A stretch of 64,000 nucleotides of DNA from assembly GCA_963758635.1 (NCBI GenBank), contig CAVWWD010000003.1, positions 480,001 through 544,000 on the forward strand, read 5' to 3'. Positions 20,277 through 33,875 of the stretch are shown here, piece after piece. This DNA is from an uncultured Candidatus Rokubacteria bacterium. Lineage in GTDB: Bacteria; Methylomirabilota; Methylomirabilia; Rokubacteriales; CSP1-6. The notes below the pieces were generated by a model that had not been told where the DNA came from, ran no database searches, and saw only the letters and a program-made list of their open reading frames with translations. Within the stretch, counting starts at the first letter, position 1, and each line of letters opens with the position of its first letter. The translations under genes and the position numbers were made by a program.

Positions 20277-22420
20277 GCGCGCCCGCCGCGCGGGCGCGCC
20301 GCCCGATCGTCCCCGCGCTCGGCCTCGCGTCGCTCGCCGCCGGCCTGCTCGTCCTGCCCTGGCACGCGCGGCCCGACGGCGCGGCGGCGGGCTGGCTCGC
20401 GTTGTCCTGGGACGCGTCCGCGGCGCCCGCGGCGGTGCTCGCGATCGGGCACGGCCGCGCGTCGCTCGCGCTCCTTGCCGCCCTCGCGCTGGCCGCGGCC
20501 GTCGTCGTCGGCGCCTTCGCCCCGTCACGCGGGCGCGGCGCGTGTCGTCGCCGCGCTGGGCCTCGGCGGCGTCGCCGTGGCGCTCATCCAGGGCTTCGCC
20601 GTTCGCGGCCAGGCCGGCATGGGCGTGGGGGCGGCGCTCGCCGTCGCGGGCTTCCTCCTCCTCGGCGCCGAAGGGATGGCGGCGGCGGGCGCGCTCCGCG
20701 GCGACCGCTTCGCCACCGTCTCGCTCCTCGCCATCGCGCTGCTCGTGGCGCTCTTCGTGTTCCTGCCGCTGGGACGCATGCTGGGGGCCGCCGTCCTCAC
20801 CGCCGATGGCGGCGCGAGCCTGTCCGCCCTCTGGAGCCGGCTCACCGCGGAGAAGATCTGGACGCTCGCGTGCCTCACCTCCGGCCGCCGGTGCGGGGTG
20901 GCCTGGAACACGCTGCTGCTCGCCGTGCTCTGCGCCACCGGCACCACCGCGCTCGGCCTGGCGCTCGCCCTCCTCGTCACGCGCACGGCGCTGCCGTTCC
21001 GCCGCGTCACGCGCCTCATCACGATCCTGCCCGTGGTGACGCCGCCCTTCGTGATCGGCCTCGGGATCATCCTGATCTGCGGCCGCGCCGGCGTGGTCAA
21101 CGCCGTGCTCGAGCAGGCGTTCGGCGTGCCGCCCACGCGCTGGATCTACGGCCTCCCCGGCCTGCTCCTGGCGCAGCTGTTCGCGTTCACGCCGGTGGCG
21201 TTCCTCGTGCTGGTCGGGGTGGTCGAGGGCGTGAGCCCCACGCTCGAGGAGGCGGGCCAGACGCTCGGCGCGCGGTCCGGCGCGGTCTTCCGGACGGTCT
21301 CGCTCCCGCTCATGGCCCCCGGGCTCGCCAACGCCTTCCTCGTCGGCTTCGTGGAGAGCATCGCGGACTTCGGCAACGCGCTCGTCCTGGGCGGCAACTA
21401 CGGCGTGCTCGCCACCGAGGTCTACTTCGCGCTGGTCGGCGCGCAGTTCGACCAGGGCCAGGCCGCCGCTCTCGCGATCATCCTGCTCGGGTTCGCGGTG
21501 GGCGCGTTCGCGCTCCAGCGGCGGGTGGTGCGCGGCCGCGCCTTCACCGCCTTCACCGGCAAGGGCGACCCGGGCATCCCCGCCGCGCTGCCCCGCGGGC
21601 TGGTGCGCCTGATCGTGGCGGTGGCCGTGCCGTGGATCGCGTTCACGGTGATCATCTACGCCATGGCCGTCCTGGGCGGCTTCGTCGAGGTGTGGGGGCG
21701 CGACCACTCCCTCACGCTGCGCCACTTCGCCAAGGCGTTCAGCGTGGAGTGGACCGCCCACGGCCTCCTGTGGACGGGCGGGGCGTGGGCCTCGCTCTGG
21801 AACACGGTGCGCCTGTCCGCGGTGGCGGCGCCGGCGAGCGCGGCGGCCGGCCTCCTGACCGCGTATCTCCTGGACCGGACGCGGTTCCCCGGCCAGCGCG
21901 CCTTCGAGGTGGCCACGCTGCTCTCGTTCGCCGTGCCGGGCACGGTGATCGGCGTGGCGTACGTGCTCGCCTTCAACGTGCCGCCCGTGGAGATCACGGG
22001 CACCGGGCTCGTCATCGTGCTCTGTCTCGTGTTCCGGAACATGCCGGTGGGCGTGCGGGGCGGCGTGGCCGCGCTGGCCCAGATCGACCGGTCGCTCGAC
22101 GAGGCGTCGAGCACGCTGGGGGCGGCGGGCGCGACGACCATCCGCCGGGTGCTGCTGCCGCTGGCGCGGCCCGCCGTCGTCGGCGCCCTCGTCTACGGCT
22201 TCGTCCGCTCGGTGACCACGGTCAGCGCGATCATCTTCCTCGTGTCCGGCGACACCGACATGGCGACCACGTACATCATCGGACGCGTGGTGAACGGGGA
22301 CTACGGCGTGGCCATCGCGTACTCCGCGGTGCTCATCGCGCTGATGGTGGCGGCGATCGTCCTCATCCAGCGCGTGGTCGGCGTCCGCGTCACCTCGACG
22401 CGGGCGGCGGAGGGCACGGC

Positions 22421-22424
<4 letters not shown>
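20273..22424 (+). CDS. ABC transporter permease (two permease domains); frameshift near 20530
   Basis: Two EAA loops (LEEAGQTLGA, LDEASSTLGA); PPFVIG; ADFGN. Confidence 0.9.
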
Positions 22425-23597
<1,173 letters not shown>

Positions 23598-23615
23598 GGG
23601 GGTGTTGGGACTGAC

Positions 23616-25618
23616 ATGAGTGGACTCGGGAGGCGGCGGTTCCTGGTCGGTGGGGCGGCGCTGGCCGCCACGGTCGCGGCGCGCGGTGGCGCGGGCCTGG
23701 CGGCGGGCCGGGCGCTGGTGCGGCGGGAGGTGTTCTTCGGGGACCCGGACGTGGCGGTGGCCCGGATGAGTCCCGATGGCCGGACGGTCGCCTACATCGC
23801 GCCGGTCGACGGGGTGCGCAACGTGTGGGTGGCGCCGCTCGACGACCTCGCCGCCGCGCGCCCGGTGACGCGCGTCACCGCGCGTCCGGTGGCCTGGGGA
23901 TACCGCTGGGCGTACACGAGCCGCCACATCGTCTTCTTCGAGGAGCGCGACGGCGACGAGAACTGGCGCGCGTCCAGCGTCGACGTGGACACCGGCGCCG
24001 TGGTCCCGCTGACGCCGGCGCGCGGCGTGCGCGCCTACGTCCAGGCGGCGAGCCCGCGCTTCCCCCGCGAGATGCTGTTCGCCCACAACGAGCGCGACCG
24101 CCAGCGTAGCGACATCTACCGGATCGACCTCGTCACCGGCCGCTCCGAGCTGGTGTTCCGGAACGAGCGCTTCGCGTGGGTCTTCACCGACAAGGACTTC
24201 CAGGTGCGGTTGGCGTGCCGGTACCTTCCGGACGGCCGCGTCGAGTGGCTGGAGCGGCGGGGCGACGGCGCGTGGGTCCTGTTCTTCACCGTGCCTCTCG
24301 GCGACGTGGACGGCACGCGGCCGGTGGACGTGAGCCACGACGGCCGGACGCTCTACCTGCTCGACTCGCGCGGCCGCGACACGTCCGCGCTCGTGGCCAT
24401 GGACCTGGCGACCCGGCGCACGCGCGTGGTCGCGGCCGACCCCTCGGCGGACCTCCGCGACGTATTCTTCGACGAGGCGACGGGCCATGCGCTCGCCGCC
24501 GGTGGCATGCTCGCCCGCCAGCGCTGGCAGGCCGTCGATCGGCGCTTCGCCGTCGATCTCGCGGCGATCCGCGCGGCGCCCGGGGCGACGTGTACTTGAA
24601 CAGCGTGAGCCGGGACGGCCGCCGGGTGCTGGTCTTCGTCGACCGCGACGACGCAAGCCCCGAGTACGCGCTCTACGACCGCGCCGCGCGGCGCCTGCGC
24701 CCGCTCGTCGCCGTGCGGCGCCGGCTCGCCGGGGCGCCGCTCCGGCCGCTCGAGCCCATCGCGTTCACCGCGCGCGACGGCCTCACCGTCCGCGGCTACC
24801 TCACGCTGCCCGAGCCCGGCGCGCGCGGCGTGCCGATGGTGCTCGCGGTCCACGGCGGCCCGTACTGGCGCGACCGCTGGGGCTTCGAGTCCACGCACCA
24901 GTGGCTCGCCAACCGCGGTTACGCGGTGCTGAGCGTGAACTTCCGCGGTTCCACCGGCTTCGGCAAGTCGTTCGTGACCGCGGCGGACGGCGAATGGGGC
25001 GGCAGGATGCACGACGACCTCATCGACGGCGTGCGCTGGGCGATCCGCCGGCGCGTGGCGGATCCCGCGCGCGTCGGCATCTACGGCGGCAGCTACGGCG
25101 GCTACGCCGCGCTCGTGGGCGCCACCCGCACGCCCGACACCTTCGCGTGCGTCGTCGACATCTTCGGCATCGCCAACCTGCTCACGTTCATGGCGGCGAT
25201 CCCGCCGTACTGGCGGCCGTGGTTCAGCGTGTGGAAGAAGCGCGTGGGCGACCCCGACACCGAGGCGGGACGCGCGTTCCTTCGCGAGCGCTCGCCGCTC
25301 ACCCACATCGGGCGCGCGGCGCGCCCGATCCTCGTCGTCCAGGGCCTGGAGGACGTGCGGGTGACGCGCGCCGAGTCGGAGCAGATCGTGGCCGCGCTCC
25401 GCGAGCGCGGCGTGCCCGTCACCTACATCACGTTCCGCGACGAGGGCCACGGCTTCGACCGCCCGCAGAACCACCTGGCGTTCCGCGCCGTGACCGAGGC
25501 CTTCCTGGCCCGCCACCTGGGCGGCGCCGCCGAGCCGATCGACCGGGCGCGGGACTTCGCGGGCTCCACGCTCGTGGTCGAGACGGGCGCGGAGCTGGTC
25601 CCCGGCCTCGCCGGGTAG
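23616..25618 (+). CDS. S9 family peptidase with Tat signal; frameshift near 24585
   Basis: GRRRFL; VHGGP; NFRGSTGFG; GGSYGG; DEGHGF. Confidence 0.92.
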
Positions 25619-25696
25619 CCGGCGGTCTGCAACGGGGCAGCCTGCTGACCGGACCGTCGCCTTGACCCGGCCGCGCGGCGCCGGGCACTATCCCCC

Positions 25697-26446
25697 GTGG
25701 TGAATGCGCCTCGCGACGCTCCAGCGCCGCCCGGAGCCCTCCTCATCGCGATCCCGACCTACAACGAGCGGGAAAGCATCGACGCGCTCCTCTCGACGCT
25801 GCTCGACCTGCACCCGACCGGCCACGTGGTCGTGGTGGACGACGGCTCGCCCGACGGCACCGGCGATCTCGTCGCGGCGCGCGCCGCGGGCGACGCGCGC
25901 GTGCACCTCATCCGCCGGCCCGGCAAGGCCGGCCTCGGCAGCGCCTACCGCGCGGCCTTCGCCTGGGCGCGCGGGCGCGGCTACGACGTGGTGGCGCAGA
26001 TGGACGCGGACGGCTCGCACGATCCGCGCGACGTGTCGCGGCTCGTCGCGGCCCTCGCCGACGCGGACGTCGTCGTGGGCTCGCGCTACGTGCCGGGCGG
26101 CCGGGTCGAGCACTGGCCGCTGTCGCGCCGCCTCCTGAGCCGCACCGCCAACGTCGTCGCGCAGCTCGTGGTGGGGCGTCAGGTGCACGACTGGACCTCC
26201 GGCTTCCGCGGCTACCGCGCGTCCGTGCTCGAGGCCCTGCCGTTCGGCGCCGGCGGCATCGACTCCGAGGGCTACGCGTTCCAGGTGGACTGCGTCTATC
26301 ACGTCCACCGGTTGGGGTTCCGTGTCCGCGAGATCCCGATCGTCTTCGTCGACCGGACGCTGGGCCGGAGCAAGATGTCGAGCACGGAGGTCCGGCTCGC
26401 CCTCGGCACGCTGGCGCGCATCGGCCGGCGCCGGCTCTTCGGATGA
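25697..26446 (+). CDS. Polyprenol monophosphomannose synthase (GT2)
   Basis: IPTYNE; VDDGSPDGT; GKAGLGSAY; QMDADGSH; VGSRY; TSGFR. Confidence 0.9.
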   Translation: MVNAPRDAPAPPGALLIAIPTYNERESIDALLSTLLDLHPTGHVVVVDDGSPDGTGDLVAARAAGDARVHLIRRPGKAGLGSAYRAAFAWARGRGYDVVAQMDADGSHDPRDVSRLVAALADADVVVGSRYVPGGRVEHWPLSRRLLSRTANVVAQLVVGRQVHDWTSGFRGYRASVLEALPFGAGGIDSEGYAFQVDCVYHVHRLGFRVREIPIVFVDRTLGRSKMSSTEVRLALGTLARIGRRRLFG

Positions 26447-26477
26447 GCCGCGCGCGGCCGTGAGCCCCCCGCTCCCT

Positions 26478-26572
26478 GGTTGTGAAGAGATGCGGATCTT
26501 GACGTCGGCGAGCGGGCCAACACCGCGATTCTGCGTACACGCGGAGTGCCGTCTCGCCATTCATCCACATCC
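26478..26572. repeat. About 94-bp dispersed repeat, copy 2
   Basis: Homologous to 16318-16410; ends GGTTGTGAAG..TTCATCCACATCC are loosely inverted. Confidence 0.75.
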
Positions 26573-26581
26573 GCTCCGGCG

Positions 26582-28153
26582 ATGAGCGCCCTCCTCCGGA
26601 GCGTCCCGGGCGCGGGCGGGGCCGCCGGCGCCACGGCCTGGCTCATCGTCGTCACCGGACTGGCGCGCGTGGCCCTCGCCATCGCGTCGGACCTCTGCTA
26701 CGGCGAGTCCTACTTCTCGGCGTACGTGCGGAGGCCGGAACTCTCGTACTTCGACCATCCGCCGCTGCCGTTCTGGCTGGCCTCGCTCTTCTCCGCCGTC
26801 GCCGGCGGACCCGGTCCGCTCGCCGTGCGGCTGCCCTTCGTGCTCCTCTTCGCCGCCACGACGTGGCTCCTCTTCGTGGTCGGCCGCCGGCTCTGGAGCC
26901 CGTGGGCCGGCTTCCACGCGGCGCTGCTCGCGAACGTCGCCCCGGCCCTGTCGATCCGCGCCGGCTACTGGCTGGGCCCCGACGGGCCGCTGATGCTGTT
27001 CTGGCTGGCGACGGTCTGCGCGCTGATCCCGCTGCTGCTCGATCCTCCGGAGAGTCAGCCGAGCGGCAGCCGGCGGCTCTCGATCTGGACGGCGGCGGGC
27101 GTCTGCCTCGGGCTGGGCCTGCTCAGCAAGTACTCCGCGCTCCTCCTCGTGCCGGGCACCTTCCTGTTCGTCCTCCTCACGCCGGGTCGCCGGCGGATCC
27201 TCCTCGAGCCCGGGCCGTGGGTGGCGCTCGCCGTGGCCGGCCTCGTGTTCTCGCCCGTTGTCGCCTGGAACGCGTCCCACGACTGGATCTCGTTCCTCTG
27301 GCAGGGACACCGTGGCGTCGCCTATCGCGGGATCCGGCTCGACTGGCTCGCGTGGAACGTGTTCGGCCAGACGATCGAGCTGGGCCCGTGGCTGTGGCTC
27401 GCCATCGTGGTGGAGTGCGCGCGCATCCTCGCGCGCTGGTCGCGGGTGGACCCCGCGCGCCGGCTCCTGGTCTGCCTCGGGCTGCCGCCCGTGGTCCTCT
27501 TCACCGTGGTGTCCTCGTACGCGCCGATCGGCAACCACTTCTACTGGGGGATGGGAGGATACCTGCTGCTCGTGCTCCCCCTCGCCGACACCGTTCAGCG
27601 GGCCGCGGCGCGTGGAGGCCGCCTCGCGCGCCGGTGGCGCGCGGTGTCCGTGGTCGCGGGCGTGGCGCTCATGGCGCTCCTGCTGAGCCACACGATGACG
27701 GGATGGGGACGTTCGGTGCCCGGCGTGGCGCGGGCGATCGCCGGCAACGACGACCCCACGCTCGAGTGCATCGACTACACGGCGCTCGTCCCCGCGCTCG
27801 CCGCGCGCGGGCTCCTCGGGCGCCGCGACGTGTTCCTCTTCACGGACCGCTGGTACCAGAGCGGCAAGGTGGAATGGGCCATCAAGGGCGCGCTGCCCGT
27901 GCTCTGCTTCGCGGCCGACCAGCGAGGCTGGGCCGTGTTCGCCCCCTCCGAGCCGTGGGTCGGCCACGAAGGGATCTTCATCACCGTCCTCAAGCGGACG
28001 GAGTCGAGCGCCAGGCAGGCGTACGGGGAGTACTGCGCGAGCCTCGCGGCGCTGACCCCGGTCGTCGTCACGCGGAGCGGCCGGCCCGAGATCACCCTGT
28101 ACCTCTACCGGTGCGAGCGCCTCCTCAAGCCCTACCCTCGGCCCTACGGATGA
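26582..28153 (+). CDS. ArnT/PMT-like (GT39/GT83) membrane glycosyltransferase
   Basis: ESYF..SYFDHPPL; PDGPL; GLGLLSKY; FSPVVAWNASHDW; many TM segments. Confidence 0.85.
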   Translation: MSALLRSVPGAGGAAGATAWLIVVTGLARVALAIASDLCYGESYFSAYVRRPELSYFDHPPLPFWLASLFSAVAGGPGPLAVRLPFVLLFAATTWLLFVVGRRLWSPWAGFHAALLANVAPALSIRAGYWLGPDGPLMLFWLATVCALIPLLLDPPESQPSGSRRLSIWTAAGVCLGLGLLSKYSALLLVPGTFLFVLLTPGRRRILLEPGPWVALAVAGLVFSPVVAWNASHDWISFLWQGHRGVAYRGIRLDWLAWNVFGQTIELGPWLWLAIVVECARILARWSRVDPARRLLVCLGLPPVVLFTVVSSYAPIGNHFYWGMGGYLLLVLPLADTVQRAAARGGRLARRWRAVSVVAGVALMALLLSHTMTGWGRSVPGVARAIAGNDDPTLECIDYTALVPALAARGLLGRRDVFLFTDRWYQSGKVEWAIKGALPVLCFAADQRGWAVFAPSEPWVGHEGIFITVLKRTESSARQAYGEYCASLAALTPVVVTRSGRPEITLYLYRCERLLKPYPRPYG

Positions 28154-28293
28154 GGGCCCGCCACGGGTAAAGCCCCGCACCGCGGCGGGCGCGGCGTCGG
28201 CGTTCTTCGCAGACCCGGCCCCGGCCTGGAGGGCCCGTTCAGGCCTCGAGCCAAGCCCGCACGTGGATTGACTTCACGGCCCGGGACGCGGAA

Positions 28294-28308
28294 TGGCACG
28301 GCGGATGC
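28294..28308 (+). promoter_or_regulatory. Candidate sigma54 promoter upstream of the S8 protease
   Basis: TGGCACGGCGGATGC fits GG-N10-GC. Confidence 0.4.
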
Positions 28309-28414
28309 GCCTCGGAAGCGACTTACCATGGTGACCGGGCACCCGGCGGATCGGACCTACAATGCTCGCGGTCATCCGGACCCAACCCTGCCCTCCTCGA
28401 GGAGACGCCCCCTC

Positions 28415-31400
28415 GTGATACTCCGCCGGCTCGCCGCCGTCTTCGCCGCCGCGCTCTTCTGCGCCTGTCCGGGCTGGGCGGGGGCCGAGGTCCTCTGGGA
28501 GGGCCGCGTCCAGACCCGCGACGGCCGCTGGCTGACCGTGTCCAAGCAGCTCGTGGGCGGCCGCCCGGTGACGATGTACTCGGACGAGGCCGGGCGGCCG
28601 ATCCTCGAATCGGACCTGCGAGACGATGGGGCGCGCCACGGGCCGGCGCGCGTCTCTCCCGCGCTGGCCACGCTCGCCGGCGGTCCACGGGCGGCGGGGT
28701 CGGTTCCGGTGCTCGTGACCCTCCGCGATCAGCCCACGCCGGGGATCGCCGCCGACGTCAAGACGCTCTTCGATCCGCACGTGGACCGGCAGGCGGCGGC
28801 GCTCCGGACCGCGCGCGAGCGTCACGGCGCGGCAACGCCCGCCGAGGAGCAGGCGCGCGAGCAGGAGGTGCACCAGGCGCGCGACACGCTGAAGCAGACG
28901 ATGGCGACTCAGCGGCTCGAGATCGGCCGCCGCGCCCAGGCCGTCATGCCGTCCCTCCAGGCCGGCGTGCGCCAGCACCTCGCGGCGCTCGGCGGCAGGG
29001 TCACACACGCCTACGCCGTCCGGAACATGCTGGCGGCGCGGCTGCCCGCGGCGATGATCCCCGTGCTCGCGCTCCACCCCGACGTGGCGGAGATCTCCGA
29101 GGACGCGGAGATGACCGCGCACCTCGACACGAGCACGGCCTCGCTCGGCGCCCCCACCTGGTGGACCAACGGGATCGACGGCGCCGGCCCGTGGGACGTG
29201 GGCGTGCTCGACACCGGCATGGACCTCACCAACCCGGGGCTCTCCGCGGTGCCGAGCCAGAGCGGCGTGTTCCTGGCCACCGGGTCCGGCCATCCGAGCT
29301 TCCTCGACAACGCGGCGTCCACCGACGACCTGCACTCGCACGGGACCCACACCGGCGGCATCGTGGTCAGCCGGGGCGCCCTCGGCTTCGTCAACCACAA
29401 GGGCGTGGCCGTCGGCGCCGGCATCATCAACCTGAAGGCGGGTTTCCGAACCACGGGCGGCGGCGGGTTGATGTTCAACTCCGACGCCATGGCCGCGGTG
29501 GAGTGGGCGGCGTTCACCGCCGCCTCGCCGGCCGACGTGTTCAGCCTGAGCTTCGGCGGTTGCACGTCCGCCTCCGACTCGCCTTTCGCCCGGTTCTGGG
29601 ACTCCGTCGTGGACGAGCTCGGCATTCCCGTCGCCATCTCCGGGGGCAACGACGGGCCGGACAACCAGACCACCCAGATCAGCGGCTGCCCGCCGCCGCC
29701 GGTCTTCAGCGATCCGGCGACCGCGTACAACGTCCTCGCGGTGGGCGCCATGGCCGACTTCGCCACCACCGACCGCAGCGACGACGCGGTGGCCAGCTAC
29801 AGCAGCCGCGGTCCCGTGCCCGGCGGCCGCAAGAAGCCCGACCTCACCGCGCCGGGGTCGAACATCACGTCGACCTCGAACACGTGGGAGACCGGGTCGG
29901 ACTATGTCGGGAAGAGCGGGACCAGCATGGCCGCCCCGCACATCGCCGGGGCGCTTGCGCTCCTGCTGGACGGCGGGGTCGTCGATGCCAAGGCGCTCAA
30001 GGCGGTGCTGATCAACTCGGCGCAGGACCTGGGCACGACGGGCTGGAGCGCCGACAGCGGCTGGGGCTACGCGGACCTCACCGCGGCGTTCGCGCTCCGC
30101 GCGAGCTACTTCCTGGCGAGCGTGACGCCGCGCGGGCAGCCGGGGAGCGCGCGGTTCTACCGCGGGTCGCTCGGGGCGGGGGAGCGGGCGACGCTCGTCT
30201 GGAACCGGAACGCCGACTACCGCTACCCCCTCTCGTCCACGGCGTTCGCCCTCAACGACCTCGACCTCACGCTGTACCGGATGACCGACGGCGTCGTGCT
30301 CGACTCGTCGGCCTCCGCCATCGACAACGTCGAGCAGGTGCGGGTGGGCGGGGCCACCTCCGGGCTCGTGCTGAAGGTGGGCGCGATCTCCACCGTGTTC
30401 AACGGCGTGAGCGCGGAGGCGTACGCCCTCGCCACGGGCAGCGGCATCGCCGAGGCCACCGGGCCGGCGCTCGCCGTGTCGCTGGCCGCGCCTGGCTCGA
30501 CGGGGCCGGGCAGCCAGTTCTCCGCGACGGCCACCGTGACCAACATCGGCGACCTGACCGCCCACGCCAACTGCGTCACGCTGGCGCTGCCCGCGGGGTT
30601 TTCGGTGGCGTCCGGGGCGAACCCGCAGTGCATAGGATCGATCGCCCCTGCCGCGCAGGCCGTGGCTTCGTGGACCGTGCAGGCCGCCGTCGCCACCGGC
30701 CCCTACGGGCTGACCGCCACCGACGCCAGCACGTCCTATGGCGAGAGCTTCTCCGGCGCGGGGTCGGCGAACGTCACCGTGACCGGGCTGCCCGGGGTCA
30801 CGGTGACCGCGACGACGCCGACCGTGGCCGAGGCAGGCCCCGGCACGGGCCAGTTCACGGTGAGCCGGACGGGCTCCACCGCCTCCGCGCTCACCGTCGC
30901 CTACACGACGAACGGCGGCGCGGGCGCGGGCAGCGACTACCAGGCGCTCTCCGGGAGCGTGATCATCCCCGCCGGCGCGGCGTCCGCGCCCATCGTCGTC
31001 ACGCCGATCGACGACCCGCTGGTGGAGACGGACGAGACGGTGACGGTCACGATCTCGGCCAGCGCCGCCTACGCGGTCGGGAGCCCGTCGAGCGCCACCG
31101 TGACGATCACCAGCGAGGACTCGGCGCTGCCGGTGGTGACAATCGTGGCGAGCGACCCGACCGCCACCGAGGCGGGCGTGACCACGGGCGCGTTCACGCT
31201 GAGCCGGACCGGGTCCACCGCCAGCGCGCTTGCCGTGTCGTGGAGCATCACGGGCACGGCGACGAAGGGCGTGGACCGCCTGCCCGTGCCGGCGGTGCCG
31301 ACGATCCCGGCGGGGGCCAGCTCGGTGGTCGTCGTCGTGACGCCCATCGACGACGCCGTGGTCGAGGGCGACGAGACGGTGATCGCCACCCTGAACCCCG

Positions 31401-31806
31401 GGACGCCGGCTACACGGTGGGCACGCCCGGCAGCGCGACGGTGACCATCGCCGACAACGACACCATCGCGCTGCCCGTGGTGACCATCGCGGCGACCGAT
31501 GCCACCGCGACGGAGGCGGGCGCGACCACGGGGGCGTTCACGATCACCCGGACCGGCTCGACGGCGGCCGCGCTGACGATCACGTGGAGCATCACGGGCA
31601 CGGCGGTGAAGAGCGTGGACCGGCTGCCCGTGCCGGCGACGCCCGTGATCCCGGCGGGGGCGAGCTCGGTGGTGGTCATCGTCACCCCGATCGACGACAC
31701 GCTCGTCGAGGGCAGCGAGACGGTGATCGCCACCCTCGGCGCCAGCGCCGCCTACACCGTCGGCAGCCCCAGCGCCGCGACGATCACGATCCTCGACAAC
31801 GACTGA
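28415..31806 (+). CDS. Secreted S8 serine peptidase with Ig-like domain and three Calx-beta repeats; frameshift near 31405
   Basis: Signal peptide; VLDTG, HGTHTGG, GTSMAAPH; repeated TPIDD..E.DETV; GAGGAG RBS. Confidence 0.9.
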
Positions 31807-32500
31807 TCAGGAGGCGGGTCCGACGGCGCTCCGGCCGGGCGGCGCATCCGCCGCGGGCGCCTCGCCGAGCGGGATGACGCCGCCCGGCTCGCCGGCGAGG
31901 ATCCAGTCCAGCAGCGCACGGTAGCGATCGGCCGGCACCGCGCCCACCAGCGAGAGCTTCTCGTCGAAGACCACCGTGGGCAGCGCGGACACGCCGAACC
32001 ACGCCGCGCCCTCCGCGTAGTCGCGGAGCACCGCCTCGTAGGCGGGGCCCGCGGTGAAGTCGCGCGTGAAGCGATCCACGTCGAGCCCGCACTCGCGCGC
32101 GATCCCGCCCAGGACGTCGAGGCGGCCGATGTCCAGGTTGTCGCCGAAGTGGGCGTCGAAGATCCGGCGATGGAACGTGTCGAACGCCGCGGGACCCTGG
32201 GCCTCCGCGCACTTCGCGGCGGTGAGGGCGGGCACGCTCGACTCGGGCAGCGCGATCCCGAGATCGGGCGGCACGAAGCGGGCGCGCCGCTCCTCGGCGC
32301 CGGCGCGGCGTCGGCCCTCCTGCGTGGCCGCGCTCGCGCGCCGGTCGGGCCGCCGGTCGGGGATGAGCGGAAACGTGCGCCACTGGACCCGCACCCGGTC
32401 CCCGTACGCCTCCGCCACCTCGTCGAGCCGCACCGCGGCGTTGTAGCACCACGGTCAGAGGTAGTCGGAGAAGACGTTCGAGGCGGATCGGCCCGCTCAT
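31807..32500 (-). CDS. DsbA/FrnE family selenoprotein (Sec at 32455-32457); frameshift near 32478
   Basis: In frame with ORF 31807..32433: VFSDYL-TGA-PWCYNAAVRL; cis-Pro loop GVSALPT; ATG overlaps grdB stop. Confidence 0.85.
32427..32439 (-). promoter_or_regulatory. Putative SECIS of the DsbA-like gene
   Basis: GCCGC-GGT-GCGGC hairpin starting 15 nt after UGA. Confidence 0.55.
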
Positions 32501-33858
32501 GCCGGGCCCGGCGGCGTCCCCGGCGCTTCCCGCCCCTCGGGCGCGGGAGCGGCGGCGAAGACGGTCGGCTGGACGACCTCGGTGGACAGCGCACGCAAGG
32601 CGCTCTCGACGATGCGCCGGCGGAGCGCGCGCTCGTCCTCGGCCGACAGGTCGGCGTTGCCCAGCGGATGGATGATGCCGGCGGCGGGAACGATCCGGTT
32701 CGCTCCCACCATCACGGCGACGGGCGTCATCGTGGACACCTGCACGGTCGGCAGGCCCGCGCGCTCCAGCTCCTTGGCGATCGCTGCGCCGCAGCGAGTG
32801 CTGGTCCCTCAGGTGGAGGTCAGGATGACCGCATCCACCCCGGCGGCGCGGAGCTGCTCGGCGATCTCCCGCCCCATGCGCTGGCTGTGGGCGAGGGTGG
32901 TGGCCACGCCGGTCGTCGAGTAGACGGTCTCGTGGAGCTTGCCGATGGCGCCCTGCTGCTCCAGCTCGCGCGCCGCATCCACGGGCACGAGGCGATGCGG
33001 GTCCTGCTTGACGTAGGTCGTGTCGTAGCCGCGGTGCACGTTGTCGTACCGGGCGGGATCGAGGCCGGCCTGCCCCTGGATGGTGTAGGCGCCCCAGCGG
33101 GTGGCGGCGAGCGCCTCGATGCCGTCGGGGTTGCCGAGGGGCACGATGCCGCCGTCGGTCACCAGCGCGATGGTCGCGCGGGACAGCGCCCCGACGGCGG
33201 GTGGCGCGGCCACGCGCGGGAAGTCGGGCAGGGGCACCTCGCTCCGCAGCGGGCGCCCGGCCAGCTTGTCCAGCAGCATGGCCACGGCGCGCTGGGCGGC
33301 CGGCCGCTCGGTGAGCGCGTTCTTCGTGACGCCGCGGGGGAAGGTGCCCTCGGCCTCGGGCGTACCGAGCGACTCGCCCCGGACGAGCCGGAGCCCGAGC
33401 GCGACGAGACGGCGCGCGTCATCGAGCATCCGGGTGGCCTCGGCGCCCGTCCGCACGATGGGCACGTCGCGGCGATGGAGGTCCACGCCGGGGTTCTCGG
33501 CGTGCATGCCGGTGACCGCGGGCACCCCGAGCCGGGCCGTGACCGCCGCGCAGAGCGCGCCGCACGCCACGCCGTAGCGGCCGGCCTGGAAGGCCGGGCC
33601 GGCGATCACCATGTCCGGCCGCTCGGCTTCGACGAGCGCGGCGATCTCGGCCACCGCGGCTTCCCCGCGCTCGGCCACGTAGTTGTCGCCGCAGATCACC
33701 GTCGCCACCACCGTGCCGGCGTCGCCCAGCGCCTGCTGGACCGCGCGTGCCGCCCCCACCGCCCCGGGCTCGGCGATCGGGGGCAGGCCGGCCTTGTCCT
33801 CGCCGCCCTTCTGGCCGAAGAACTGGTTCACGTAGCAGACGACCCTCAGTGCCGACAT
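32497..33858 (-). CDS. grdB: Glycine/betaine/sarcosine/D-proline reductase family selenoprotein B (Sec at 32809-32811)
   Basis: YVNQFFG; ICGDNY; GPAFQAGRYG; ILTST-TGA-GTSTRCGAAIAKELERAG joins ORFs 32809..33858 and 32497..32745 in frame. Confidence 0.92.
32781..32797 (-). promoter_or_regulatory. Putative SECIS of grdB
   Basis: Perfect TCGCTGC-GGC-GCAGCGA hairpin starting 11 nt after UGA. Confidence 0.7.
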
Positions 33859-33875
33859 GTGGCTCTCCTCGCCGC

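Noticed and set aside
30780..31806. Internal DNA repeats as DGR template/variable repeats
   Set aside because: They are tandem Calx-beta domains; no reverse transcriptase present.
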